Source of the DNA: a virus
Taxonomy: Duplodnaviria > Caudoviricetes
Virus record (IMG/VR): IMGVR_UViG_3300018079_000031
Span: 1 to 28,458 of that record
DNA: 28,458 bases
Direction: 5' to 3' (one strand)
Each line of letters begins with the position of its first letter. Positions within the stretch are counted from its first letter, which is position 1. Position numbers and translations under genes: made by a program. Shown here piece by piece: positions 1-7,443 of the stretch. The notes under the pieces were generated by a model, which saw only the letters and a program-made list of their open reading frames with translations, searched no databases and was not told the DNA's origin.

Positions 1-228
1 GGCGGCCCGGAAATATTTGCAGCGAAGATTCTGTGTTCGGTCATCAGTACATGGCTTTGGTTTCGGCTGAGGCGCAAGAACAAACTCCTGAGACAGGCAC
101 TGGACGCTATTCGAGAGGAAACACTTGCGCCGTATTTCGACGGACGGAGCGGGCAGATAGAGCGTGTGCAATCGTGGGCCGCGATCCAAGCACTGTGCGC
201 GGCAGCTCTACGCTTGAAGACGTGGTAG
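1..228 (+). CDS. 3' end of a hypothetical protein (truncated by window start)
   Basis: Frame 1 is open from base 1 to TAG at 226-228 (GGPEIFAAKILCSVISTWLWFRLRRKNKLLRQALDAIREE...LRLKTW*); reads as more protein-like than the 33..236 track ORF. Confidence 0.45.
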   Translation, partial: GGPEIFAAKILCSVISTWLWFRLRRKNKLLRQALDAIREETLAPYFDGRSGQIERVQSWAAIQALCAAALRLKTW

Positions 229-253
229 ACTTTTGAGTAGGGGGAAATAAACA

Positions 254-457
254 ATGCCTCACAGACTAATCCAGTTTTTCCAGTTCGAACATCTTCCGTC
301 AGGCCTTAAAGAAATTTCAGCGCACTGCCGCGAGTTGGCTTTAACTGCCGACAATCTCATAACTGAAAGTGCTGAGAAGACGGCGGGTCTTAGGAAGCTT
401 TTAGAAGCAAAGGACTGTTTTGTCAGAGCTAAGTTAGAGGAAAGAAATCGTGCCTGA
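254..457 (+). CDS. small conserved-looking phage helical protein (QFF-x-x-EHLP ... EKTAGLRKLLEAKDCFVRA); possible Acb2/Tad1-hairpin-like fold
   Basis: GGGGG RBS upstream; stop overlaps the portal start; sequence pattern recalled from a widespread phage small-protein family; function is inference. Confidence 0.75.
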   Translation: MPHRLIQFFQFEHLPSGLKEISAHCRELALTADNLITESAEKTAGLRKLLEAKDCFVRAKLEERNRA

Positions 458-2435
458 CATGATGACATCAGAATCGGCAACGAACGAGGACACCAAGATC
501 GACGCTGAAGTCCATCCCGTCCTAGAATCGGGCGTGACTGAAGAGGAAGGCGCAGCCATTGTCGCAGAGGCGCGCGAGAATATGGTTTCATGCATCAGCG
601 TTGAGAATGACTTCAGGGACAAGGCAGTCGAAGATCTTGAGTTCCGCGTTGGCAACCAATGGCCCTCCGACATTAGAACTGCTAGGGAAGCATCCAAACA
701 GCCATGCCTTCAGTTCAATATGCTGCCTAAGTTCTTGCGTCAAATCACAGGCGACGCACGACAGAACGTCCCAGGCGTGAACGTGGTGCCAGAGAATTCA
801 CAGGCTTCGAAGGAAGTGGCCGACATTCTCAAGGGGATCATCCGGTATATTGAGCACAGCTCAGTTGCCGCTTACATCTACTCTAAGGGCCTTGACCAAA
901 GCGCAGCTTCAGGCCGTGGCTGGTGGAGAGTCGATGTTGAGTATGACGATGATGAATCGTTCGATCAGAACATCAAAATCCTGCCGATTATAAACTCACT
1001 CGCGGTCTACGTTGATCCAGCCGCCGTCGGGCCTACCTACTCGAATGCCGAGTGGTACATCGTGCGGCAGTGGCAGAACAAGAAGGCGTTTGAGCGCGAG
1101 AACCCAGGCAAGAGCGGACAGCCTACAGCTTTAGAGGATGCTCCGGGGAACCACTCAGACTGGTACGGCAAAGATGCAGTGTGTATTGCTGAGTATTGGA
1201 GACGGGAGCCGGTCAATGAGACGCTGCTTGAAGTTCAGGTATTCCCCGCTCCTGCGGTCGAAGGCGCTGAGGCTCCGAAGCCCTTCACCACGGTCATCAA
1301 AGAATCCGTGATGCTTGAGAAGTATCCCAACGTCAATATCGTAGTGAAGCGGAAGCGCTTGATGAAGCGTTCCAAGGTTGTCTGCTATACGATCACTGGC
1401 ACCGAGGTTCTTCATAAGCGCGAATGGCCTGGGCGATTCATTCCAATTATCCCTGTGCTCGGTGAAGAGGTTCACATTGATGGAAGGGATTATTTATCTG
1501 GCGTAATCCGTGACATGAAAGATCCGCAGCGCGCCTACAACTACTGGATGACTATGCTGACGGAGCAGGTAGCACTCGCGCCTAAGATTCCGTGGATGGT
1601 CACAGACGCGATGATTGCGGACTACAAGCAAGAATGGGACAGCATGAACAATGCGAACTATCCTTACGTTCGCTTCAAGCCCGATCCGGCCCAGCCGGGC
1701 GGCCCGCAAAGGCCACTACCCGCGCAGCTCTCGCAGGGATATGCACAAATGTTGCAGATTGCACAGGGGGCGCTGAATGACACCAGCGGAATCTTTAAGC
1801 CTTCACTGGGCCAAGAATCTAATGAGACTAGCGGAAGAGCTATCCTTGCCAGACAAAAAGAAGGCGATACAGGATCTTATGTCTACATTGCAAACTGGCT
1901 GTTTTCTGTGCAGTTCACCGGACAAATCATTGTGGATCTTGTACCAAAGATTTTCGACACGGAAAGAGTTCTCATGATCCTCGACGACGAGGATGCACCG
2001 CAACAGATCACGGTCAATAAGCATTTCGATGCTGAGGGCGTGAACAAAATATACGACCTGCGACAGGGAAAGTACGGCGTGCGCGTGACCAGCGGCCCGT
2101 CTTACGCAACCCGTCGGCAGGAATCCGCGAATAGCCAGCTTGAATTCTTGCGGATCTACCCGGCGGCGGCTCCGATCATTGGCCCACGTCTGGCTAAGTC
2201 TATGGATTGGGACGGAGCGGAGGAGATCGCAGAGGAGCTGAAGCAGCTCGGCATCAGACAGGGGGCTATTCCGCCCGATCCTCTTCCACCAGGTGCTCAG
2301 CCTCCTATGGCGGTAGATCCAGCAACGGGTCAGCCGATTCCGATGGCCCCAGGTATGCCTCCTGGAGCACCGGGCGGCGGCCCAGTAGCAGGGCCTGCAG
2401 CACAGGAGCAGAGCGTCGATAAATTGCTCGCTTAG
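450..2435 (+). CDS. P22-like portal protein
   Basis: 661 aa; motifs G-x-QW, PCLQFN-LP, V-VDP, IAEYW, WPGRFIPIIPVLG, GVIRDMKDPQRAYNYW, SNETSGRAILARQ, GKYGVRVTSGPSYATRRQE; Pro-rich C-terminal tail; lies before scaffold and coat. Start could be ATG 459. Confidence 0.95.
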   Translation: MPDMMTSESATNEDTKIDAEVHPVLESGVTEEEGAAIVAEARENMVSCISVENDFRDKAVEDLEFRVGNQWPSDIRTAREASKQPCLQFNMLPKFLRQITGDARQNVPGVNVVPENSQASKEVADILKGIIRYIEHSSVAAYIYSKGLDQSAASGRGWWRVDVEYDDDESFDQNIKILPIINSLAVYVDPAAVGPTYSNAEWYIVRQWQNKKAFERENPGKSGQPTALEDAPGNHSDWYGKDAVCIAEYWRREPVNETLLEVQVFPAPAVEGAEAPKPFTTVIKESVMLEKYPNVNIVVKRKRLMKRSKVVCYTITGTEVLHKREWPGRFIPIIPVLGEEVHIDGRDYLSGVIRDMKDPQRAYNYWMTMLTEQVALAPKIPWMVTDAMIADYKQEWDSMNNANYPYVRFKPDPAQPGGPQRPLPAQLSQGYAQMLQIAQGALNDTSGIFKPSLGQESNETSGRAILARQKEGDTGSYVYIANWLFSVQFTGQIIVDLVPKIFDTERVLMILDDEDAPQQITVNKHFDAEGVNKIYDLRQGKYGVRVTSGPSYATRRQESANSQLEFLRIYPAAAPIIGPRLAKSMDWDGAEEIAEELKQLGIRQGAIPPDPLPPGAQPPMAVDPATGQPIPMAPGMPPGAPGGGPVAGPAAQEQSVDKLLA

Positions 2436-2451
2436 ATGGGGACGAAAATTA

Positions 2452-2463
2452 CTGTGATATAGT
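2452..2463 (+). promoter_or_regulatory. possible extended -10 promoter for the scaffold/coat genes
   Basis: TG-A-TATAGT in the 95-bp portal-scaffold gap; no clear -35. Confidence 0.35.
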
Positions 2464-2530
2464 TTTTATAGGCCGGTCAGCTGAGCGGAAACGTGGAAGC
2501 GCGGCCAGCACACTAAAGTGGGAGAGGGAA

Positions 2531-3454
2531 ATGGCTGAACTGAATCCAGACGTAAACACCGAAGTGGCGCAGGGTACAGCAGACGCTGATGCCAGCGCAG
2601 CAGAGCTAGTAGCGGTGGGCGAAGGCTTAGAGCCGGAGCTTACCAACGAGGGAACGGTAAACCCCTCGAACAGTGACCAACTCAACGAAGAGCTTGGGAT
2701 TCTCCCTGAAGAGACACCCGCTGATCCAGTTGCCGAAACGCCGAAGATCAAGGGGCCTTCGCGCTTCCAGGATCGGATTGACACTCTGACGCGGCAACGA
2801 GGCGATGCAGAGACCCGGGCGTATAGGTCTGAGGCGGAATTACAGTCCTTAAAAACAGAATTCTGGAAGCTGGGGCCGGAGCCTAAAGAAGACGACTTTG
2901 AGAAGTATGGCGATTATGTTAAGGCCATCACGAGGTATACAGCGAAAGCTGAAGCCATCGAGCTGAAGACTGGACAGGTGCAAGAGTCGATAAACGACAT
3001 TCAGCGAACCGATAAAGAAGTGCAGACAGCAAAAATGCACGATGGGATGGAACGATACGCCGACTTTGGATTGAAGGCCGCAACTTTAGGGCGTATACTA
3101 GAACCGGGATCGGAAGCGTACCAAGCGCTGTTTGAGTCGCCGGAGTTTGTCGAGGTGGCCTACTTCCTATCCAACAATTTGCAGGAAGCAGCTCGAATTT
3201 ATGCGCTGCCATCACGGCTTCAGGCAAAAGAGATTTTGAAACTTGAAGCGAAGTTTGAAGCGGGCGGAACGCCGACGCCAACGGCTCAGCCGTTACCGAC
3301 GCCGACACCGGCGTCGAAGGTGAGCCAAGCACCGGCACCAGCCCGGCAGGTTCTTACAGGCAAGGCTCCCGGCCAGCAACGGGTATCGCCTGAGAAAGAA
3401 AGCATGGAAGCATACGCAACTCGTCGGAACAGAGAGTTGCGCGCCAAGAAATAG
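2531..3454 (+). CDS. capsid scaffolding protein
   Basis: Between portal and coat; acidic disordered N-terminus, RIDTLTRQR coiled coil, P-x-x-DDF..Y..Y motif, EVAYFLS-N-x-EAARI, KVSQAPAP, basic C-terminal helix SMEAYATRRN. Confidence 0.9.
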   Translation: MAELNPDVNTEVAQGTADADASAAELVAVGEGLEPELTNEGTVNPSNSDQLNEELGILPEETPADPVAETPKIKGPSRFQDRIDTLTRQRGDAETRAYRSEAELQSLKTEFWKLGPEPKEDDFEKYGDYVKAITRYTAKAEAIELKTGQVQESINDIQRTDKEVQTAKMHDGMERYADFGLKAATLGRILEPGSEAYQALFESPEFVEVAYFLSNNLQEAARIYALPSRLQAKEILKLEAKFEAGGTPTPTAQPLPTPTPASKVSQAPAPARQVLTGKAPGQQRVSPEKESMEAYATRRNRELRAKK

Positions 3455-3516
3455 TTTTACCTCGCTCGTCACGAAGCGCCGGGGAAACCCAAGAGAGTGA
3501 CAAATGTTTTTGTCCA

Positions 3517-3538
3517 GCATGTTCCACGTGGAACATGC
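3517..3538. promoter_or_regulatory. parS: 22-bp perfect palindrome whose 16-bp core TGTTCCACGTGGAACA (3520-3535) matches the chromosomal parS consensus
   Basis: GCATGTTCCACGTGGAACATGC is its own reverse complement; intergenic; core fits TGTT(T/C)CACGTG(A/G)AACA. Confidence 0.75.
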
Positions 3539-3594
3539 CTCTATGGTGGGTTTTTAGGCGTTCGACTGCTTGAGGTTGTCCCTCCCCTTCCTCC

Positions 3595-3649
3595 TTTAGA
3601 TCGATCAAGCTTGGGAACCCACCCATCCCAAACTTAGGAGCGATCTAAA
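3595..3649 (+). promoter_or_regulatory. stem-loop enclosing the coat-gene RBS and first base of the start codon
   Basis: TTTAGATCG 3595-3603 pairs with CGATCTAAA 3641-3649; inner AAG/CTT and TTGGGA/TCCCAA stems; AGGAG 3636-3640 lies in an internal loop. Confidence 0.6.
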
Positions 3650-4857
3650 TGAACACCCTTTTAACCCCCTCCCTGATTACCAAGGAAGCTCTGGTAATCT
3701 TGGAAAATAACCTCGTCATGGCCAAGAAAGTTCGCCGGGACTATGACAAGTATTTCGGGAAGTCTCTTCCCACTGTCGGCAAGATCGGCGACACACTTAC
3801 TATCCGCAAGCCAAACCGTTTTACCGTTCGCACCAACAGCACTCTGTCCCCACAGAATATCGTCGAGCCGAGCACATCGATTGTTATTGATAAAGTTGCG
3901 GGCGTTGACTTCTCTTTCACCTCTCGTGAGCTGACTCTGAACATTGAGGAGTTCTCGGAACGGTATCTGAAGCCTGCAATGGCGACGATTGCCAACAAGA
4001 TCGACTTTGATCTGTTGTCACTCTACAAAGACATCTACAACCAGGTCGGAGTCCCTCGAACCACACCTGCTACGTTCGCAGCGCTGGCTGCGACGACTCG
4101 TCGATTGAACGAGGAAGCGGCCCCCAAGGATAGAGACCGGCACGGAATCATCGATCCGGCGGCTGAAGTAACCTTGGCCGATGCTTTCAAGGCTTTCTTC
4201 AATCCGAACCGGGCGATTTCTGATCAGTATGAGGACGCTGAAATTGGTCGAGTCGGTGGGATTGGTTGGAGCATGGATCAGAACGTGAACCTGCACACCA
4301 CGGGAACCTCTGACAACAGCACTCCCGCCGTGCTTGCTTACGTTGCCAACGCTTCCACCATTTCTATTGACGGATTGGACGCTTCAGTGACCCTGAAGAA
4401 AGGTGACACCTTCACCATTGCCGGTGTGTTCGCTGTGAACCCACAAAGCCGTCAGAGCACCGGAGTGCTTCGTCAGATCGTAGTCACTGCGGACACCACT
4501 GCAACTGGTGGTGGAGCTATGGCAACCCTGCCGATTTCCCCTGCGTTGAATGCGACTGGTGCTTTCCAGAACGTTACCGTTCTTCCGGTGGACAACGATC
4601 TGATCACCCTCTTCGACCCTTCTGCTGCGACTTCTACGCAGAACCTGGCCTTCCACAAGGACGCCTTTGCCTTGGTAACTGTGCCTCTGGAATTGCCTGA
4701 AGGCGTGCATTTCGCGGCTCGGGATTCCTACAAGGGAGTCAACATGCGTATCGTTCGTCAGTACACCATCACTGATGATGCGATTCCAACCCGAATTGAC
4801 GTAATTTACGGCGTCAAAACTCTGTACCCGGAACTGGCCGTTCGCCTTGCAGGTTAA
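3649..4857 (+). CDS. major capsid protein, P22 coat (gp5) family, HK97 fold
   Basis: MNTLLTPSLITKEALVILENNL, KIGDTLTIRKP, SERYLKPAM, LKKGDTFTIAGVFAVNPQSRQSTG-LRQ, QNLAFHKDAF-L, RIDVIYG-KTLYPELAVRL; AGGAG RBS. Confidence 0.97.
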   Translation: MNTLLTPSLITKEALVILENNLVMAKKVRRDYDKYFGKSLPTVGKIGDTLTIRKPNRFTVRTNSTLSPQNIVEPSTSIVIDKVAGVDFSFTSRELTLNIEEFSERYLKPAMATIANKIDFDLLSLYKDIYNQVGVPRTTPATFAALAATTRRLNEEAAPKDRDRHGIIDPAAEVTLADAFKAFFNPNRAISDQYEDAEIGRVGGIGWSMDQNVNLHTTGTSDNSTPAVLAYVANASTISIDGLDASVTLKKGDTFTIAGVFAVNPQSRQSTGVLRQIVVTADTTATGGGAMATLPISPALNATGAFQNVTVLPVDNDLITLFDPSAATSTQNLAFHKDAFALVTVPLELPEGVHFAARDSYKGVNMRIVRQYTITDDAIPTRIDVIYGVKTLYPELAVRLAG

Positions 4858-4863
4858 CAAACA

Positions 4864-4896
4864 GGGGGCCGGAATAAGCCACGGCCCCCAACTTTT
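4864..4896 (+). terminator. GC-rich hairpin after the coat gene; weak terminator or mRNA-stabilising stem
   Basis: GGGGGCCG 4864-4871 / CGGCCCCC 4882-4889, 10-nt loop, followed by AACTTTT (imperfect U tract). Confidence 0.6.
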
Positions 4897-4926
4897 GAGA
4901 GTGGGCTATCCCCCCAGGAGCTAATC

Positions 4927-6459
4927 ATGTCAATGCTTAACATCGACACAATCCCCTTTGAGTCCCTCGCCCGGTCTGTAGCAGGTGGAGGAGTATTTCT
5001 TTCTCCCGACCAACAAAATCTGAAGTGGCGCGGAGTTCGGCTGTTCTTGAATGTTAGCGCAGTCCTCGGAACTTCCCCAACCCTTGACGTTAAGCTCCAA
5101 ACCCAAGATCCAGTCAGCAAAGCTTGGATCGATCTTCCCGGCGCGTCTTTCGCCCAGAAAACGGGCGTGAGCACCGCTGACCTGGTTGTCTATCCGGGAG
5201 TAGCCGAGACGGTCAATGTAAGCGTCAGTGACGTTCTGGCTCGAGTATGGCGTGCTGTGGCTACGCTTGCCGGAACTGCTGCCGCGACAGACAAAGCCAC
5301 GCTGACGAGTTCGGGAGTTGCACCCTCTGATGCTGATACGGTAACTCTGGGTGCGAACGTTTATACGTTCAAGACCGCTTTGACTGAAGCGAAGGCAACC
5401 GGAACGCTTACTAGTACCGGGGTTGCTCCTGCCAATAATGACACAGTTACTCTGAACACTTCGGTTTACACCTTTAAGACTGCGCTGACTGAGGTTCGGT
5501 CGAGCGTAACTTTGACAAGTGATGCGACGAACCCCGATGATGGTGGAACAATCACCCTCGGATACGGTCAGTATGAGACTGTCTACACGCTCAAGACTAC
5601 GCTGGGTGTTGTTCAGAATCAGATCAAAATAGGCGCGACGGCGGCCATTACACTGGACAATATCAAGGCTGCCATCAACGCGAGCGGGACGCCTGGGACT
5701 GAATACAGCGCAGTGATGCAGCACCCGCAGATCGAAGCGACCACAAACACGGACACAACGCAGTTGTTCCAAGGTCGGCTTGCCACAGCCTTCACATTCG
5801 ACGGCGGGAATGTCCTGCGGTCGGTGGAGACCGCAACCCATCTAAGCTTTGGATCTATTACCTTCGTGGGTGGTGTGGCATCGGTAGCAAACGAGGTGCT
5901 GATCGGTGTGTCGGCTGCTGTAGCTTTAGACAACATCAAGAGCGCAGTGAACGCCACGGCAGGGGCCGGTACGACCTACAGCACGGCAACCGTAGTCCAC
6001 ACCACGATCTCAGCCGAGGCGAACACTGACACCACGCAGGTGTTCACGGCACTGCTGGTCGGAACAGCCGCAAACTCTTTTGCAACTACCGAGGTCAGTG
6101 CACAGCTCTCGTTCGGTGCCGCTACGCTGTTAGGCGGTCTAGATTCAATAGCTAACCAGGTGCTGATCGGCGGAACTGCAGCCATCGCGTTGGACAACAT
6201 CAAGTCGGCTGTCAACGCAACGGCAGGCTCAGGTACGACTTACAGCTCTGCGACGGTTGCCCACACGCTTGTCGAGGCGACCACGAACACCGACACCACG
6301 CAGCTCTTTGAGACTCGCGCTGGTGTGTCTCATACGGTCGGCGATGCGCTTGACTCATTGGAGTCCGCCGTTACGCTCAGCTTCGGCGCCACAACGTTCG
6401 GCGGTGGGGTCGATGCAGCGTCATTCACATTCAGTTTAGGGGGGACTTTACTTACATGA
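4927..6459 (+). CDS. virion structural protein, probably capsid decoration/spike, with three nested copies of an inserted module
   Basis: Directly after coat; Thr/Ala/Gly-rich; three TLTS..P...DTVTL...YTFKTALT half-repeats followed by three N(E/Q)VLIG..A..LDNIKSAVN...NTDTTQ.F...LSFG..T..GG half-repeats. Confidence 0.85.
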   Translation: MSMLNIDTIPFESLARSVAGGGVFLSPDQQNLKWRGVRLFLNVSAVLGTSPTLDVKLQTQDPVSKAWIDLPGASFAQKTGVSTADLVVYPGVAETVNVSVSDVLARVWRAVATLAGTAAATDKATLTSSGVAPSDADTVTLGANVYTFKTALTEAKATGTLTSTGVAPANNDTVTLNTSVYTFKTALTEVRSSVTLTSDATNPDDGGTITLGYGQYETVYTLKTTLGVVQNQIKIGATAAITLDNIKAAINASGTPGTEYSAVMQHPQIEATTNTDTTQLFQGRLATAFTFDGGNVLRSVETATHLSFGSITFVGGVASVANEVLIGVSAAVALDNIKSAVNATAGAGTTYSTATVVHTTISAEANTDTTQVFTALLVGTAANSFATTEVSAQLSFGAATLLGGLDSIANQVLIGGTAAIALDNIKSAVNATAGSGTTYSSATVAHTLVEATTNTDTTQLFETRAGVSHTVGDALDSLESAVTLSFGATTFGGGVDAASFTFSLGGTLLT

Positions 6460-6665
6460 GCAAAGCAATGGAAGAGTATGCAGCAAAGAAGAACGAGAAG
6501 AAAACTGAAGTGGTTGGAGTTGCGATCCGCAAGGCAAAGAATGGTTTCATCGTAACTGTTGACCATGAAGACTATGCTTCGCCGGGCCAGTCTAGGCAGA
6601 TCATCTACAGCGACATTTCAGGTGTACTGAAGTGCGTCCAGGAAAAACTCGGGGGGAAGAAATGA
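6456..6665 (+). CDS. small hypothetical protein with I-x-K-x-x-NGF-x-V motif and a scaffold-like N-terminal motif
   Basis: ATGA overlaps at both ends; N-terminus AMEEYAAKKN. Confidence 0.8.
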   Translation: MSKAMEEYAAKKNEKKTEVVGVAIRKAKNGFIVTVDHEDYASPGQSRQIIYSDISGVLKCVQEKLGGKK

Positions 6666-7186
6666 GCGGTGAAATCAAGAGCCCAATTTTCGCGGTGTTC
6701 CATCCACAGGGCGGGAGGAAGGTAGTGAATACGGATGAGTTGTCAGAGCACGAGCTGAGAGTTCTTCAGGTGAGTGGATGGTGTGAATCACCACGTGACT
6801 TCTGGAGTCCGGAGAAGGTCGCAGAGCAAGCAGCGGCGGGGTTTTTCAACGCGGAGCACAAATGGGAGAGAAAATATGAGTCTGTCATTCAAAGCGGGAG
6901 TAAGCCTGAACAAGATCCAGCCGCAGACAGTGCTGGCGATTCAGCTAGTGGAGCGAATCTTCACGGGGAAAACGCTGATGGAAACAGTGGTGACAGCAGT
7001 TTGGGACGACCCGAAGCTGAAGATCCACAAACTGAAGTCGAAGCACTACGAGGGGCTGGCAGTGGATTTTCGGACGAAGAATCTGATGAACGAGTCCCTG
7101 AAATTGTTGGTGTTCAACGAAGTAAAAAAGCAGCTAAGCCCTCTTGGGTTCGACGTAATTTTGGAGAGTCTAGGAAAGGAAAATGA
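6662..7186 (+). CDS. hypothetical protein (GW-x-x-SP motif, acidic disordered C-terminal tail overlapping the endolysin)
   Basis: ATG 6662 overlaps the previous TGA after a G-rich RBS; frame open to 7186. Confidence 0.7.
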   Translation: MSGEIKSPIFAVFHPQGGRKVVNTDELSEHELRVLQVSGWCESPRDFWSPEKVAEQAAAGFFNAEHKWERKYESVIQSGSKPEQDPAADSAGDSASGANLHGENADGNSGDSSLGRPEAEDPQTEVEALRGAGSGFSDEESDERVPEIVGVQRSKKAAKPSWVRRNFGESRKGK

Positions 7187-7217
7187 GCATCTCCACCTGG
7201 AGTACGACCCAACATGA
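6876..7217 (+). CDS. endolysin, peptidase M15-like (Hedgehog/DD-peptidase zinc fold), about 113 aa
   Basis: SKHYEGLAVDFR (S-x-H-x-x-G-x-A-x-D) and EHLHLEYD (H-x-H) zinc motifs; GGGAGA RBS before ATG 6876; followed by a holin-like gene. Confidence 0.88.
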   Translation: MSLSFKAGVSLNKIQPQTVLAIQLVERIFTGKTLMETVVTAVWDDPKLKIHKLKSKHYEGLAVDFRTKNLMNESLKLLVFNEVKKQLSPLGFDVILESLGKENEHLHLEYDPT

Positions 7218-7438
7218 ACTTCCTGAAGAAATTTGCAGTCACTCGAATTATCAAGAACGTCCTCAGCAAAATCTCTGCCGACCATAAGACCACACTGGTA
7301 GGCGTTCTCGGTGCAGCTCTGCTGTCCGCGAACATCGACTTCGGTAAGCTGGTCGAAGGCGACACGGAGCATATTACGAGCGCAGTAACTGCCGTCGTGC
7401 TGGCCTTGATTGGGTACTTCACGAACAAAGGAAGGTAA
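7214..7438 (+). CDS. putative holin
   Basis: 74 aa, two hydrophobic segments (KTTLVGVLGAALLSA; ITSAVTAVVLALIGYF), basic ends, ATGA-coupled to the endolysin. Confidence 0.75.
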   Translation: MNFLKKFAVTRIIKNVLSKISADHKTTLVGVLGAALLSANIDFGKLVEGDTEHITSAVTAVVLALIGYFTNKGR

Positions 7439-7443
7439 GTCAG

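Noticed and set aside
33-236. 67-aa track ORF as a gene or terminase C-terminus
   Set aside because: No RBS or terminase nuclease motifs; frame 1 (1..228) is the more plausible coding frame.
4930-5957. Long antisense ORFs (303 aa, 112 aa) and similar shadows opposite coat, tail and ejection genes
   Set aside because: They mirror well-supported + strand genes, lack RBS or motifs, and are expected from codon bias in Ala/Thr/Gly-rich genes.
6788-6803. Second parS-like site around CACGTG
   Set aside because: Only the 6-bp core matches; the flanks are not palindromic and it lies inside a CDS.
6774-6875. N-terminal extension of the endolysin given in the ORF track
   Set aside because: The RBS and protein-like sequence begin at ATG 6876; the extension is the off-frame reading of the upstream gene.
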